A DNA stretch of 64,000 nt from Bugula neritina. Taxonomy: Eukaryota > Animalia > Bryozoa. The notes beneath the pieces are model-generated. The model was not told the origin of the DNA. It did no database searches and saw nothing but the letters and a program-made list of their open reading frames with translations. Positions 1-14,800 of this stretch are shown here, piece by piece. Location: assembly GCA_964035545.1 (NCBI GenBank), contig OZ037765.1, forward strand, positions 4,722,698-4,786,697. Direction: 5' to 3'. The first letter of the stretch is position 1. Each line of letters begins with the position of its first letter. A program made the translations under genes and the position numbers.

Positions 1-384
1 CTGAATGTTTAGAGAAACCAACACAGAATTGCTGCTTTAACTTACTAACAGCAAATTAAAAAAATTTAAAGTTTATGAACTTTGACCTAAACATTATATG
101 GTAACGAGTCAATTTGGTCACATCATGCTTTATAAAATACAACTTTCAAAACAAACTTAATGGGCTGCAGAAACAAGAAAAAGATGATTTTAATAAGCAT
201 CATTGGGCACAAACCATTGTTTTAAGTTTTTGTGTGAACATTTGGCTAAAATACTTACCAGACAAAATCAACAGCAAGCATGCGCCCACCTAAAAGTTCT
301 ACACTTTTAAGAGTATCATTTTTTATAATGTTATCAGTAAAAAGCAAGTTTTTAACAATATCCTTAGAGTTAGTACACAGGAAG

Positions 385-480
385 CAGCTGTGCCCTAGGA
401 GTTAGAGCGTACGCTTAGTAAACAGGAAGTCCTGAGTTCGACAAAGGCCATTGATGATGTTAGGAAGAGCCTCCAGTCAG
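385..480 (+). mobile_element. Possible degraded tRNA-derived SINE head
   Basis: A-box-like TAGGAGTTAGAGC and B-box-like GAGTTCGAC at Pol III spacing, followed by AGGAAGAGCCTCCAG; no cloverleaf recoverable. Confidence 0.3.
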
Positions 481-1122
481 GTAGAGTGACTATAAACTTG
501 TGTGAGTTAGAGTTAATACACATTAATAAAGTAAAAATGTGTATATAGTTATACTAGCCTACAGTTGCATGAAAATTAATATTACTAATACATAAAACTC
601 AAATTATTAATATTCAAGATCCTATATAATTGCTTTCAAAAAAATTTGAACATTGCACAAGTACTAGTACTATTAGTATTAACAGAAACTAAGTCGAACA
701 AGGATATACAAAATCAACGAGATGAAAAAACCCAGAAATGTATGGGTTTCAGTTTGTATCTAAGTTACATTCGGCATCATGAATTCAATACTGATCCTAA
801 TAATAATAATAATAGTAATTAAAAACACAGTTACACCTAATATAACAATACCAATACTCATACCGAATACAGAATAGTGAAATGCAATCAGCGATACACA
901 CAGACACAGTATCAATATGAGATTGAGTATCAGTATCACTCAATCAGTGCGATTATCATTATGAGTCCGAGTATGAAAATGAATATGATTATGAGTATGA
1001 CACAGATTGTCACTGTGAGTATTAGTAAAAATGACTGAATACTATGATTTATTCTTAGTCTGAAATCAACTTCAAGATTTAAAACTACCTCCAAGTCTAA
1101 CTGTAACTGTAAATTTACTAAC

Positions 1123-1275
1123 CGTTTTCTCATATTTGCTAAAGTTTATGACATTTCCATCAGGGTCTTTAGCTGAAAAGCTGAAGAAATTATCAGCATT
1201 ACTGCCAAATACATTAAGTACTGGTAGGTAAGTAATGCTAACAAATAAAAGAAATGCACACTCAACAAATAACAT
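1123..1275 (-). CDS. First coding exon of a secreted/ER glutathione peroxidase-like gene (GPx7/8- or PHGPx-like); rest not identified in window
   Basis: Hydrophobic signal-like N-terminus then NFFSFSAKDPDGNVINFSKYEKT, matching the GPx 'FxAKDIDGNxVSLSKY' start; ends at ACG|gttagt donor, phase 0. Confidence 0.7.
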
Positions 1276-2333
1276 GGTACTTGTACTAGAATAAAAATTC
1301 TATATCAACGTGCGTTCGTGTTGCTAAAAGATGTTAATTTATATTGCAGTAGCGATAGGATATACCCCCGGGCGTGGTTTTCTTTTCTCCGCGTGAAATG
1401 TGGCAGTGCAACTCTTCAAAACGCTGTACGCACAATTTTCGATATTATTATATTGGAATCACTAGGCGACGGGAACAGCGAAATAAATTTTTCTACAAGG
1501 ACGTCAGTCATATAACCGACAACTCCCTAGTACTGCATAAGTTGTCGCTGTGGTAAAATATAGGCAACAATTAACACTAATTTTAATTCAGTGAATATTT
1601 GCTCATTTTTGTCAATCTACTTCTGCATGAGATACAATATTATGGTTCGTACAATGATAGATAATCATTAGCCTTCTCTGTTGTTGCAGCAATAGTTTAA
1701 ATTCTATAGCATCCCTCTCTATACAAATATTTCAAGGCACATTATATAATTATACACCCAAGTACTTTAACACTTCTAGCCATTATTGACATCATTTTAA
1801 CTATGTGAAGCTAAAATTAAAAATAAATGTTTCATAGTATGTCATAGAATATTTATTATAAAAATATTTATACTTGCAACCAGCGGATGCACAAATTTGT
1901 TCTGAGGAGAAAAGTACTTTCTATATTAACAATATTTATAAAAGCATAAATTATACATTATATGTAATAACAAAAGATCAAGACTTGAAGTCTCAAATAA
2001 GTTTATATACATTGGAAACCCATTGCAAAATAGTTGGCATATGACCAAGTCAACAAGTGATTGAGAATTGTATTTGAAAAAGACTCAATTCAACATCATA
2101 CTTGAAACAAACACTCAAAATAAAAAAATATGAAAGTATGTCATTGCATGAGATGCTATTTTGAGTGCCTGCTATACAGATAAGTCATAACAATATAAAA
2201 AGTGTATAGATACATCTAATAGATTATACATATATGTGTGTAAATATAAAGGTGACTTAAAAAGTGAGTAAATATGGCGCCAACTAAGACCAAAGCCTGG
2301 ATAAATAGAACTAAGCGAGCTTGATGGACCTGT

Positions 2334-3908
2334 TTACACTTCCTCGGTAGAAGGCAAGACCACTTGAATCATGTGACCTTTAGGTACCTTTGTGTCTTCA
2401 ATTTTAAGTTTATCCTGAAGGACTTTGCCACCATAGAACCAGCGCTGTACGCCGTCGATATTCTCAACTTTAGCTAAAGTCTGTTTAATCTGCTTGATTG
2501 TGTGTTTGCTGCGAACTGTCAATTTCAGGTCTTTGCCGCTAGACAACCGAAGTTTAATAATCACTTCCTCCCCGGGATCTTCTTCGGCGCCGTCTGCTAG
2601 ATTGTCGTCTTCTGAATCCTCGCGGAGAAGATTTGACGGATGACTCAACACGTAGACAGGAAGTTGGTATCTGTTTCCCAGTTCATCGTAGCAGTCTGTG
2701 AGATACCCTTCACAAGCATACATACAATTTATCAAATAACTGCATTAAAACCTGTTGAACATGCTTGGACCAGCTGTGAAGTTTAATCTAATAAACCTTC
2801 AAACAATGAATTGCAATTTACAAATTTAAAGTTCACGAGTACTTGGATATACATGCTGTTTATCATGACCGACGACCTACCTCGTGGCAATGTAATACTG
2901 GCACCAGATAAAATAGCTTGAGCCAAATCAAAGTCTCTTGATTCACATGCATAGGCTGCAGCCTTCAGGGCGTCCCAAATCTCCTTTCTCCCGTCAAACG
3001 CTGGTGCCGTGTCCCAGAATTCATCTCTCTTGCTAGCAAGCTGACCAATAGTGATGGGATTTTCACTTTTCCACCGAGGCATCTCGTGTTTTAAAGGCTG
3101 ATTTTTACCAGTTGCTGGAATCATTTAGTGTAAACATATTTTACCAAATATTGGCATTAGAAGGAAAATAGATAAGATAAGCAAAATTGCTTACATCATA
3201 GCATAAATACTTCAACGATATTAATAAACCAGCTACAATCTAAAGTTATGACTATTACTAATACTATTAATAATATGAGAATATTATACGAGTACATGAG
3301 AATATTATACGAGTACATGAGATTATTATACAAGTACATGAGATTATTATACGAGTACATGAGAATATTATACGAGTACATGAGATTATTATACGAGTAC
3401 ATGAGATTATTATACAAGTACATGAGATTATTATACGAGTACATGAGATTATTATACGAGTACATGAGAATATTATACGAGTACATGAGAATATTATACG
3501 AGTACATGAGATTATTATACAAGTACATGAGATTATTATACGAGTACATGAGAATATTATACGAGTACATGAGATTATTATACAAGTACATGAGATTATT
3601 ATACGAGTACATGAGAATATTATACGAGTACATGAGATTATTATACGAGTATATGAGAGCCTTATACCTGTTCATGAGAATATTAGACGAGTACATGAGA
3701 ATATTATACCTGTTTACGATGATACTACACATCAGAAAAATCTCAAGAAGACATTACTACACAATAAATACTACATTATAATGTCTTGGGTGAGTAAAAG
3801 AGCCTTACTAGAGTGTGAATGTTGTGCATTGGACCTTCTGCCGCCCCGACTTGATGGACGGCTATTCAGCTCCTCGCCATCAGTCTCGGCAGACATACAC
3901 GAACCCAT
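2334..3908 (-). CDS. UBTD: Ubiquitin domain-containing protein 1/2-like; coding exons 3809-3908, 2881-3114, 2334-2707
   Basis: MGSCMS myristoylation-type start; [25 protein letters not shown] and [14 protein letters not shown] motifs; C-terminal ubiquitin-like domain; GT-AG junctions with matching phases. Confidence 0.92.
3273..3712. repeat. 21-bp minisatellite (ATGAGAATATTATACGAGTAC)n, ~20 copies, in a UBTD intron
   Basis: Directly visible tandem units with AATA/ATTA and GAG/AAG variants. Confidence 0.97.
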
Positions 3909-5099
3909 GAGTCAAGTTAGACTTCAGCCTACAACATCCAACACCATTTAGGCTGTTTTGACTCCAACCTCTACATTTATCTTTACTCTAGGTACTAGTG
4001 TAAACTCTTAATGTAACTTTAGACATAGATGAGTAGAAATTAAAAGTTGATAGCATTATATCATACAATGCTGCCTAAACAACTATAAGTCAGTTATTCG
4101 ATAAACCCATCCTTTGGATAGTTTTGGGCTCTGATTTTCTAAAGAGGAAAAAATGAAAATTTGTTAAAGCAAATGGTTTTTCTAAACCATTTGATTTAAC
4201 AAAGTTATTTCAGACTTTGAAACTAAATTATTTTCTTTTAAAAGTAGCACACTATTTCCCTAAACTTAGCATCTAAAATACATTATTAAAAACATTGAAA
4301 ATATGAAATGAAGCAATACTGATATAAGGATTTAAAAAGGGCAAAACAATTCGGCTTACTAAAATGTCTGCCCATTCATACATTTGAATGCCAGATATAT
4401 TGGTAAACAATTAAAACTTGGATAGAAAATATAAATTGTTTGATTACTTGATTAACAATGAGCTGTAACTAGGATAAAAAATTCAGCAAACACCACAGCT
4501 TTCCCTACAAATGTTAAATATCAGATGAAATTAGTCAGGGTTCAAATGACAGCCATTTTGTAAAAAAAATGTTGCCATTACATGAAATATTTTTGCAAGG
4601 TTTTAATTAGTTTCTAATTAATTTGCAATTAGGTGAAAAGAAACAGTGTGAATGCTTTATCTGTGATTTGATCTAATATAATGACATTAGAGGCAAGTAC
4701 AGTTTCTATGGTTATAGCATCATCTCTTATAGCACCACTGTATAGACAAAATATTCCATTTACAATGCCAATTGATATTATTTTACATGCTTTTGGTACT
4801 GTTTGAGGGTTAATTGCTTTTTAAACACTTGCTATATATAAATACTCTGAACAGAATATTGTCTATATATAGACAACATTGTCTATTGCTACGAACTTGA
4901 ATTTCAACATATACTAAACAAGCTATTGATCACCATAATTATAATAATAATATGAAACCGATATGATTATACAACTATAAGTATATAATTAGAAACAGCA
5001 GACATAAAGTAGAATATACATAACAGATAACTCCAATTGATGTTGATGATTAATTTAATTTGAAATTAGAAGTCAAAGGGTTAACTTAAGTTGTACTTA

Positions 5100-5837
5100 C
5101 CAAATAATTGCAACTGTAAGACTAAGTCAGTAAGACTAAGTCAAAGTGTAAGGGTAAAAATGAAGATGTCGTCGTGCTCGAAGTTAAACTTGAAGTACTG
5201 ACTCAGAATGACTGACAGTGAGCGTGACTGTGAGTCAGAGTGAGAGTATTCGGCTAGGCTTAGGACTAGGGTTAGACTTATTGTTACTGTTACTGTGTTA
5301 GACTAAGACATATGACTTACTTTTGCTCTTACTCTTAGTCTTACTCTTAGACTTAGAGAGTCTGCTCTCAAAATCAGAAGCCTCAAGTTATGTAAACCCT
5401 ATTACTGTCACACAAAGATTAAAAATTAAATCAAAAGCTGTGCTAGCTTACGAATACTAAAATAAACTTTGAAATCAACAACCATAAACTCACTTAAAGT
5501 CAAAGAACCCTAATCTAAAAATAACATTTAAATTATCATCTAAGTCGAAATAAATGTTTGGGATACCAGCAATACGCATGTGTTGCTCAGTAAGTATTTT
5601 CCGTTTCCTCTCAGCTTATAACCAATTAAACACTTGTAGACATATCTCCAACCAATCATGGTAGTAGTAACTTATTTCAACATGTCAGCCCCCATCAACT
5701 TATAATACAATATTATTAACGATATATACCTGCATGACTAGCGTGCTTATCTCTTTTCGCACTTTTCTCTCTACTGCACCTTTGCTTGATTGATCGGCTA
5801 GATCTCTTTTTAGAAGATTTAACGTCAAATCGTCTAG
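5100..5837. promoter_or_regulatory. Probable bidirectional promoter region between UBTD (-) and MMS19 (+)
   Basis: Divergent orientation; a minus-strand acceptor (gttgtag) lies just upstream of the UBTD ATG and a minus-strand donor (TGgtaagt) near 5100 implies a UBTD 5'UTR exon close to the MMS19 ATG at 5838. Confidence 0.45.
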
Positions 5838-8800
5838 ATGTCGCTTGTTGCAAAGTACCTTAGTGAGCCTACTCCTAGCCAAGAAGATTTTTTGGAAATT
5901 CTAAAAGGTGGGCGTGTGAGACTCAGACTGACTCTGAGTGAAGCCTAACAGTAACTGCCAAATTTTTAATATCCAATTCAAAAGTTAATAGTTAATATTA
6001 TAAGTATAAAGTAGAAGTAAACTGGTAACAAATAAATATATTATAACTCATAAATCACCATCAGTATCACTTTTACTTTTAGACTTTAGCTTTAACTTTA
6101 AGCTTAACGTTTATCATTATCATTATGTCTATGATAACATTAATGATTAATTATTATCATTATAATTATCATTATGTATTGTGATTCAGAATATGAGATA
6201 ATCATCAAATAATATTATCATTATGATTATGATAATTATCATGATGATTATCATTATGTCTTATGACTATGAGTTAAACTTAATGTTATGAATATCAATA
6301 TGATCTATTACTTATCAAAGTGAAAAGGGAATATATTAATATATCAATATTAATACTATTAGTATTACTAGTATGAGTATCATAAAGTTGACCAGGAAAA
6401 TAAAGTAGCAGATAACTAATAAGATAATAATCATAATGCAACTATTTAGGGTCAAATAATATTTAATTTAATATTATTAGTAGTGCTTCACTTCTGATTT
6501 CAACTCATATAATCAATCATCAATACAATGATTGCCATGACGATAATAATCATATTCATGAAATTCATTATGATCATTATTATTATCACTATAACTATAT
6601 ATGTGTCAGTAACTATAACTATATAACTACTACTAGTGCTAGTGCAAGTATCAGTGCTACACTGTGAGGATGTATATTATATTGTTGCTATTAATATTAG
6701 TATTACCTAAATTATTAGTAATGTCAGTATTCTTTGCAGTATGAGTAACCTGCAATATTCTTATAGATAGCATTTCCAATTTTATTAAATAATATATATA
6801 TGTATAATATGTTTGCTTTTTCACAGATGTTGAAGAGGGCACCAATCATGTTCTTGGCCTAGTAGAATCTCTTGGGTAAGAAATTTTTTATAGTTTTTTG
6901 ATAATATTTTAAATTTTCTTATCTTTCTTTTATTAATATTGCTATATCAAGTGAATCAAGATGATACTGGTAATATAAAGACTGTTAACCTATTTTGTTT
7001 ACGCTCAAACCTAAGGCTTATGCTTAATTTGTGATGATTTCTCATTTTTCTCCAACGCTTATTATAGCATTTATTTTCAGCCCCTCCCTGACATCATTAG
7101 ATAAGGAAACTCGTGCAAGTGCTACACAATTATTGGCTGATGTTATAAGCAACTCAAAAGGGTTGAGGCGGAACGACCTTGAGCCATTAGCAGATTTCTT
7201 CTGTGACAGAATCAAAGATCATCACTCCATTGTTCCACATGTTCTCACAGCATTCTCTACCCTGGTAACATAACGTTATAATTATCATATCTTCATAAAA
7301 GGGCATAGTGAAGTAAACTGCCTTATAGAGTAAAAGACATGTCACATGACTTGGGTTTTCACACAGACTGCTAGCGAAAACTAAGACTGTTTTTTCAATG
7401 TTTATATCTGTTCAAAATACTGATTGGACACTATGAAAAGTTTTTGTGGAAATTAACTGATCGGCTGGCTGCGCTTTAGCAATTCCATTTTTCACAAATA
7501 GGTTTCGTGTTCATATCTCTTACATATGACTATTGTTGAGAATGGTTAGTTTAAATAATATATGCGAGTTTCTATGAAGCATGTAAAGCGGTACACTTTG
7601 CCATTCTTGCAACATAAGAGTAAATTAATGTACAATACAGTAGCCTAATATCTGTAGTTTCCTAAAATAGACTGTGGTCATAATGTCTGTAGTGTTATTC
7701 TAGGCTGGTAGGTCTGATCTACCCGATGCCTCTGCAGTCTCCATCGTCCAGTCCATGTTTCAACATGGCGAGGTGCAAACTCTCAGTCAGCAACATCGAG
7801 CCACTGCATTCCAGACGCTAGTGAATCTGTTTCATCACAAGTTGGAAGGTAAACTGTCATCCTTAGTAACAATGCAGGTCTCTCTGTATGTAGGATATTA
7901 GTGCAGTAGAATGTGTTATCCTTTGTAATAATTGGTAAAAAAAGCATATATAAAAGCAATTATTGGCTATTATTGTTTTAGTTTGTATCATAGTTTCTTA
8001 TTTTGGTAAACTGTGTTTATTAATTCTGCTTAGTTTTTTTGGCTAACTCTATTTGTTATATGCATTCACTTTTGTTTACAAGTAGTTATGTGTCCAATGC
8101 TGAATGTATATTATATAAATAGTACAATCATGTTGCTTTGGTGTATAAGATACTTAATGATTTCAGTGCTGGTCATGTTAAGAGAGTCGTTCACTCTTGG
8201 ATATATTCAAATGATTGATGGGGAAAAAGACCCTAGAAATCTCCTGACTATCTTTGGTCTTACTCAGATAGTTATCAACAACTTTCCTATTGGTTAGTTC
8301 ATTGTTAACATCTTTTTTGTTGGTTACTCCATTATCACCAACTTTCCTATTTGTTAGTTTATTATTGACCTGACCTGTTAATTGTGAAATCAAAGTAAAA
8401 ACTAATCAAATGTTATAAACATTCAGGTGCCTATTGTGAGGAATTATTCGAAGTGACAGCTTGTTATTTTCCCGTGGACTTCACTCCGGTAAGTTTCCAT
8501 ACCATGAACTGAGGATATCTTTCCCTTTTATACATTATATATATAGTGAATTACTGCTGTCTATTCTTTAAGAGTACATTTTGTGCTGCCACACAGCATT
8601 CAAGAGGGGAGGGGCCCATATGCAGACCATATAGGGGGGATAACATGCATACTTTTGTTTAAATCTATTAAATTAAACTGTTCAAATTTCTAATAGATTT
8701 ACAAGTATTTATTAAATGAAACTTTTTCAATTGCTTGTGATGATTTTTTACAGTACAATTAAAATAGATGTAAGTATTATTTTTTTCAACTTGTTCATAA

Positions 8801-11800
8801 AATTAAAACGTATAAAACATTATGAATTAAGCTCATAAATCACAACCATGTTGAGTGCCAATAAGATGCGCAGAATGAAAATATGAACAGATTTAAACTG
8901 CATTTAAACCAGGTTTCTGTTTATAGTTAGACATAATTTATTTAAGTAAATCATGTATTTATAATTCTCATCATAGATTTTTTCCGGAAACATGTAACAA
9001 GGTGTGGAAACTGGTAAAACTGGATGAATTTATTTCGTAACTAGTATAGTATAGTAATATGAGCCATGCCTCCCACGATAAGTCGCCACCCTTGATAGAT
9101 CATGATGCCTTAAGATCTAGGGCTAAACTTTGAAGAGAATGACCTGATTAAAATGGTGTTATGTAGTATATTTCTATACTCTAATAATTGTATATCATAT
9201 GACCTTCAGCATGCTTTATGCTCTAATAAAATATATAAGTATTACTATATATATATTATATTTCTATTCTATGTTATAATGTCATGCAGCCTCCGGGAGC
9301 CTCTCTCCAGATTACTCGACAGCAGTTGGCAGACGAACTGAGAGCTACGCTGACATCTACCCACAGGTTCTCTCAATACTGCCTGCCTCTGCTCATCGAG
9401 AAGATTTCCTCAGACTTGCAGGCGGCCAAACAAGACTCGCTGCAGACGCTGGTGAGTTCTTGTCCTTCCTGTCTACTCACTCTAGACTCTCTTGTTACAG
9501 CATCAGTTTTAAACGTTTGTAAATAATTAGTTTATTTGATAGCCAACTCAATCACAATACACCTTTTGTATATATAATAGGGTTTTCAAAATTTTCCTAA
9601 CATTCATATATAACAAGCTTGCTGGACAGTTTTCTTTCCACATTACTTGATCAAACATTTTTCTCTATCTATTCATTCTTGGTTCTTAAATGGAAGCAAT
9701 GTTATTACATTTTGAGATCAATGCAATATCATGTAACTATCAATTTGATGCGATGTGTCAATGTCTGTTGATGTGATTTGATGCAGACGGGATGCTGTAA
9801 AGTATACAACGTTGAGCACCTTAGACCTTTTACCAATATTATGACACAGCAATTGTTACGGGAAGCCATGCTCTCCCCCTCAAGTAGAACTAAGGAGCTG
9901 GCACTAGAGGCTATCTCTGCCATCTGCAGCTGCTTAGCCAAACCGGTAGGTAATTGTTAGGACATTACATGAGCTTGGAAAGCTTGTTGGATAATTACAG
10001 CTTTACCTGTATTATCACAGCTATGTTAGCTACATTATGGTTTTTTTTCTATTGAGATGCAATGATTTTGGCTACTGCAAAATAGCTATCTTTTTAGACT
10101 GTTATGAAAGCTATTCATTTTCTTTTCTTTCAGTCTGCGATAATAAACATACATCTATATATTAAAACACAACAGTAATCATGAAAATATTCTTATGATT
10201 TAATTTTTTTCATCAAGCAGTTACTGCATTTTCGTTGCATTATTTAAATTGATGCTTATATGGTTGTGGTTTCTAAAAACGAAAGAAAAATTTGAAGCTT
10301 GGAAACGTAGCGATTAAAAGATATATCTTTATTCTCAGTCTCAGCCATTTTTAAACTTTCTTAGACATGAAACTTGCAACATATAAGGAGTTATAATATA
10401 CAGTAAGATGTAGCTGCAGGTTAATGTTAAATACTGAGTCTTGTTTTAACAGCAACTTGATTGGAATAATATTTTAATAATCTTCTGGTTTTGTGTTTTT
10501 CTACAATTTTAAAAATAGATTAAAGCTACAAAATATGCTGTTTGAGTTAACATGTCATACTGTTAGGAATGAGAGTTTGTAATAAATTCAATAGTGAAAT
10601 CAAAGTTTCTCTTGGAAAGAAATTATGTTTGATTTACTGCTCACAAAAGTTATTTGCGTGTTTTAAGGTAGACCTTAAATCGTGTCGCATTTCCTTGTTG
10701 TGACTACTAAGTTGTTGAAGCTGTTTTGTTGGATCTTCTCTGTTATGTTACAGATTGATGGAGTCACTGTGTACACAGATGTTGATGACTTCTGTACATC
10801 AATTATCAAAGGTTTGTCTTTCAAGAAAAGAATTTCTGTATTTTGTAATGAGGGATTGTACAATGTAAATCATGGGTTTTTGTAAAGGCTTGGAAGAAAT
10901 TTGTCTTTCTACTTGGGGGCTAATTTCTAAAATGTTGTTCTGCCTAAATTTGAATTTATGGCTTTAGAACTCGCGATTGATTAGCAGTCTACCATTAAAT
11001 ACTTTTACAAAACTCTCTTACCCTCCCTGCCCTTCCTTTACCACATATAATAATACTTTGTATGATTAAAATACCCTTGAACTAACTATACTGCTCACCG
11101 ATATTCCATGCATGAACAGTGTGAAGCATTACATAACCATCTACTTCTACTTAGTTATGCTTGGTGTGCTGAGATGGTATTTGAAGTTTTTAGCTGTTTT
11201 AGCATTGCTTTAACACAGCAATGAGGTTTCTATTGTATTTCTACCATTATAGTATTGAGTACATCTGTATTATCTTTCTGTAGAATGCAAGCACCATTTA
11301 TTTGAACCAGAGCACGAGTTAGTTGCGTCAAGTGTCAAAGTATTGCAAGCTTTACTCTCGTCCAATCAGCATGCAGCTAACTTTGTTCTGACTGATGTAA
11401 TGCCAGTAATACTAGAAAGACTGAATACTGGACAGCAGGTAACTGTTTAACTAGCTTAACTTGGTCTATGCATATCCATGAATCTATCAATTTTATCTGA
11501 TTCAAGATGATGAACTGATTACGCAAGAATCAATCAAAAGTATCAAGATTTATTGATCTACTGTAAACTAACATTTGAGTTTAAAGCAGCTATTTGTTAT
11601 TTACTCATCCATCAAATTCTACATCATATATTAAACTTGTGTGTGAGGTTTAAGTTAGAGGAACTTATACCACATACTTTTTTGATAGCTTGTAACTTGA
11701 AACAATACTAGATGACTTTTGATTGAATGACCACGACTTGACTATACTCGTATATTTAATTATTATCACATTGTGTTGTAGACTAAAGCAAAGTGTGTAT

Positions 11801-14800
11801 ATTTGGATATGATAAGAGACCTTCTGTCCAGCAGTGTAGGCAATGTATATTCTCACAAAGTGTCAGCTTTGGATACGGTCATCGAGCACATGAAACACTC
11901 GGAGGAGGCAGTGTGTGAGTCAGCGTTACGCTGCCTTGCTGAACTGGCAGATGCTGCCGGCAGCAAACTAGATGAAGTCAGTCAACCATTGTTAGACATG
12001 GCCACCAATTCTGAGTCTACTGCTATAAGGTAATTTGTACTGTCAGTGTGGTACTGGTGGTAGTACTAGTAGCAGTAGTACTAGTACTAGTAGTAGCGGT
12101 AGTAGTAGTAGTAATACTAGTGGTACTAGTGGTAGGAGTGGTAGTAGTAGTAGTAGCAGTAGTACTCATAGAAAAATTAGTTAAGGTATTAGAAGTCTTG
12201 GTAGTCATAGTAACAGCTGCAGAGTTTTCAATTATGATAGCGGCATTATTTACTAGGCATGAAACTCAGTAGTAGGAGTTGTCTTCTGCCGTCAGGTCAC
12301 CACTCTAATGTGTTTTGTATGTAGAAATACGTCCAGCCTTTGCCTAGCAGCTTTCTGTAAGCACAATGAAGAGGCCAGAGATGAAGTGGTATTTAAAGCC
12401 CTTCGCTCACGTCTCGTAGAGGTTCAGACATTGGAGTTGTCTACTCTGAATATTCTAGATGCTATAGTCGCACAATGCAGCTCTGATGTACGTCTGTATG
12501 TGCTAACACAGCTACTTATCTCCTTTGAACAGTGTCCACCAGGTAAAGTAACCTTTGTCTGCAGAAACCTTTGTTTCCAGTATTTATAATTGAAGCTAAA
12601 TGTCGAAACTACTCAACAAATCAAAGTAATATATTGTTTTGGAATTCATCGAAAGCTATTATTTGCATGAGGTTGTTGGTAACTGAGTGACCATGATAGT
12701 TTTTTTGTATAAATGCGTGAATAGGGTAAATATTTACTTGCAAAATACTGAGGTATTGTCCACTAGCAGGCTTTCTGTATTTTTCCTTGTTGAACAAGAA
12801 ATTATTTCAAATAAAAGGTGGTTTTTACTTTCAGTTTTGTTTGTTGAATTATTTGACGATATTTTCAGATGAATACTAAACCCTGTAAGCTTCAATGCTA
12901 GTTCATTTCTATGATTTCTGTTGTTTCATTTCTTTTTTTTGTGTGTGGAAGGAACCCCCACCGATCACTAGAAATGAAATATAGCTTTTGTTTTGGTCCA
13001 ATATGAATTAAATTTTGCATTAGAATTGCAATTTGCTACTTCAATTTATAAAGCATTTATGAAATTAGAGTTGTCTTCCTTTGTTGTAGATAATAATGTC
13101 CTCACGGATGGAATACTTTCTAGCATACTCTGTGCTTTGTCCTCTCCACTTAAATTAGACTCGAGCATCTTAACGTCATTCATGCAGACGTGTTTTGAAA
13201 TAAAATTGCCAGAAATTGCAGACTCTACTAGAATGCTGATGAGTGACATCATCATGCAGATTGTAAACTTCACTGACAAAAGGTAGATCAGGGCAAACAA
13301 TAACGTTGGCTAAACTAATATGTTGATGTAGCCAAAAGATCTAAACTGCATGTGTTTGAACCTGTGGCTATAAAACAGAAATATTCATACAAAAATGTAA
13401 ATTGTTTAGCAATATTTATTGCAGGCATCTATAATATCAGTTGCTAATTTATAGGAGTTGCAACTTTAACAACTTAGTGCGTCAGCTTCATCATAAATAT
13501 TTAAGTTCTGATTCTGTTTGTAGTTATCTGCCCTCCATAGCCGAGTCAGCTTTGACAGCGTTGAATACTCTTCCGTATAATGTGACAGCTTTACAGTCGG
13601 TGCTGTGTTCTCTACCTCATGGGGTATGTTGGTGAATCTTCAATTAGTCCACTTATCACATCCTTTATAGCTTACAATACAGCGAGTCACCTAAGTTCTG
13701 AAATTTTGCCAGTTATATTCCTTATATAAAATATGAAATCAACGTATGTGGACGGAATGTTACACATTGTGTGTTTGACCAGGTACTGGATGATACTCAG
13801 CTGTTAGATGTTTTCCAACCGCTAACTTCTCAGTCACCATCACCTCTCATGCGGCTGTCAGCGTGTAAAATCTGTGCATCAGTCATTAATAAAAGCACTA
13901 AAAGTAAGTCACTCAGTCTCTGGACACACTCATCTACAAAAACCCATTTACCTATAACACGGGCTTTTCAATGATAAGAGGGAGTAACTCCTCAATGTGT
14001 TTTCTCATTGTCTAAAATTTCACTCTTCTATTTTTATTAATTGTTTAAATTTTAAAATTGAGATGTCAAAAGTTATTTTATGAGAGTTATCTCTCTACAA
14101 AGTACACTTTTATTAAACCTTATAATGCACTCTCTGATTGTAGCTGAAAACCTGTTGAAAGATATTCTTTCAGTATTCGACTCCCCCACAGTTAATACCT
14201 TACCATTATGTTTTTGGACTACCAAAGCCTTAGTTCTTAGAAATCACCATCTATCACAGGGATGCGTGTCTAAGGTAGGCCGTACCAGCATTGAACCTAG
14301 CAGTTGTTCTGGGTATTAGCTATCTGGGCTACTTAGTAGTTACTACAGTTTTACAACTGTTTAAGAAAGAAAGCATGCAACCTCTTGTACGTTGAATACA
14401 ACTGCACTGATTTAAACTATAGAGCCGAAAATTTATCTGCAATTTGTCTTCTCTTGTTTTTCTTGTCGAAGTTTCAAACTTACAAACTTATATTACACTA
14501 TCACTACTTATATTACACTATCACTACTTATATTACACTATCACTACTTATATTACACTACCACTGCTTATATTACACTATCACTACTTATATTACACTA
14601 TCACTACTTATATTACACTATCACTACTTATATTACACTATCACTACTTATATTACACTACCACTACTTATATTACACTATTACTACTTATATTACACTA
14701 TCACTACTTATATTACACTATCACTACTTATATTACACTACCACTACTTATATTACACTATTACTACTTATATTACACTATCACTACTTATATTACACTA

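Noticed and set aside
259-289. Minus-strand 31-nt segment with good AG/GT sites (VGACLLLILS)
   Set aside because: Does not resemble the expected GPx continuation (VxLxVNVAS); cannot be assigned.
3196-3781. Long ORFs on both strands (MYSYNNL / MRLLYEY repeats)
   Set aside because: By-product of a stop-free 21-bp intronic minisatellite.
5554-5660. Alternative MMS19 start exons
   Set aside because: Phase or stop conflicts with exon 2; the ATG at 5838 fits and is preserved in copy 2.
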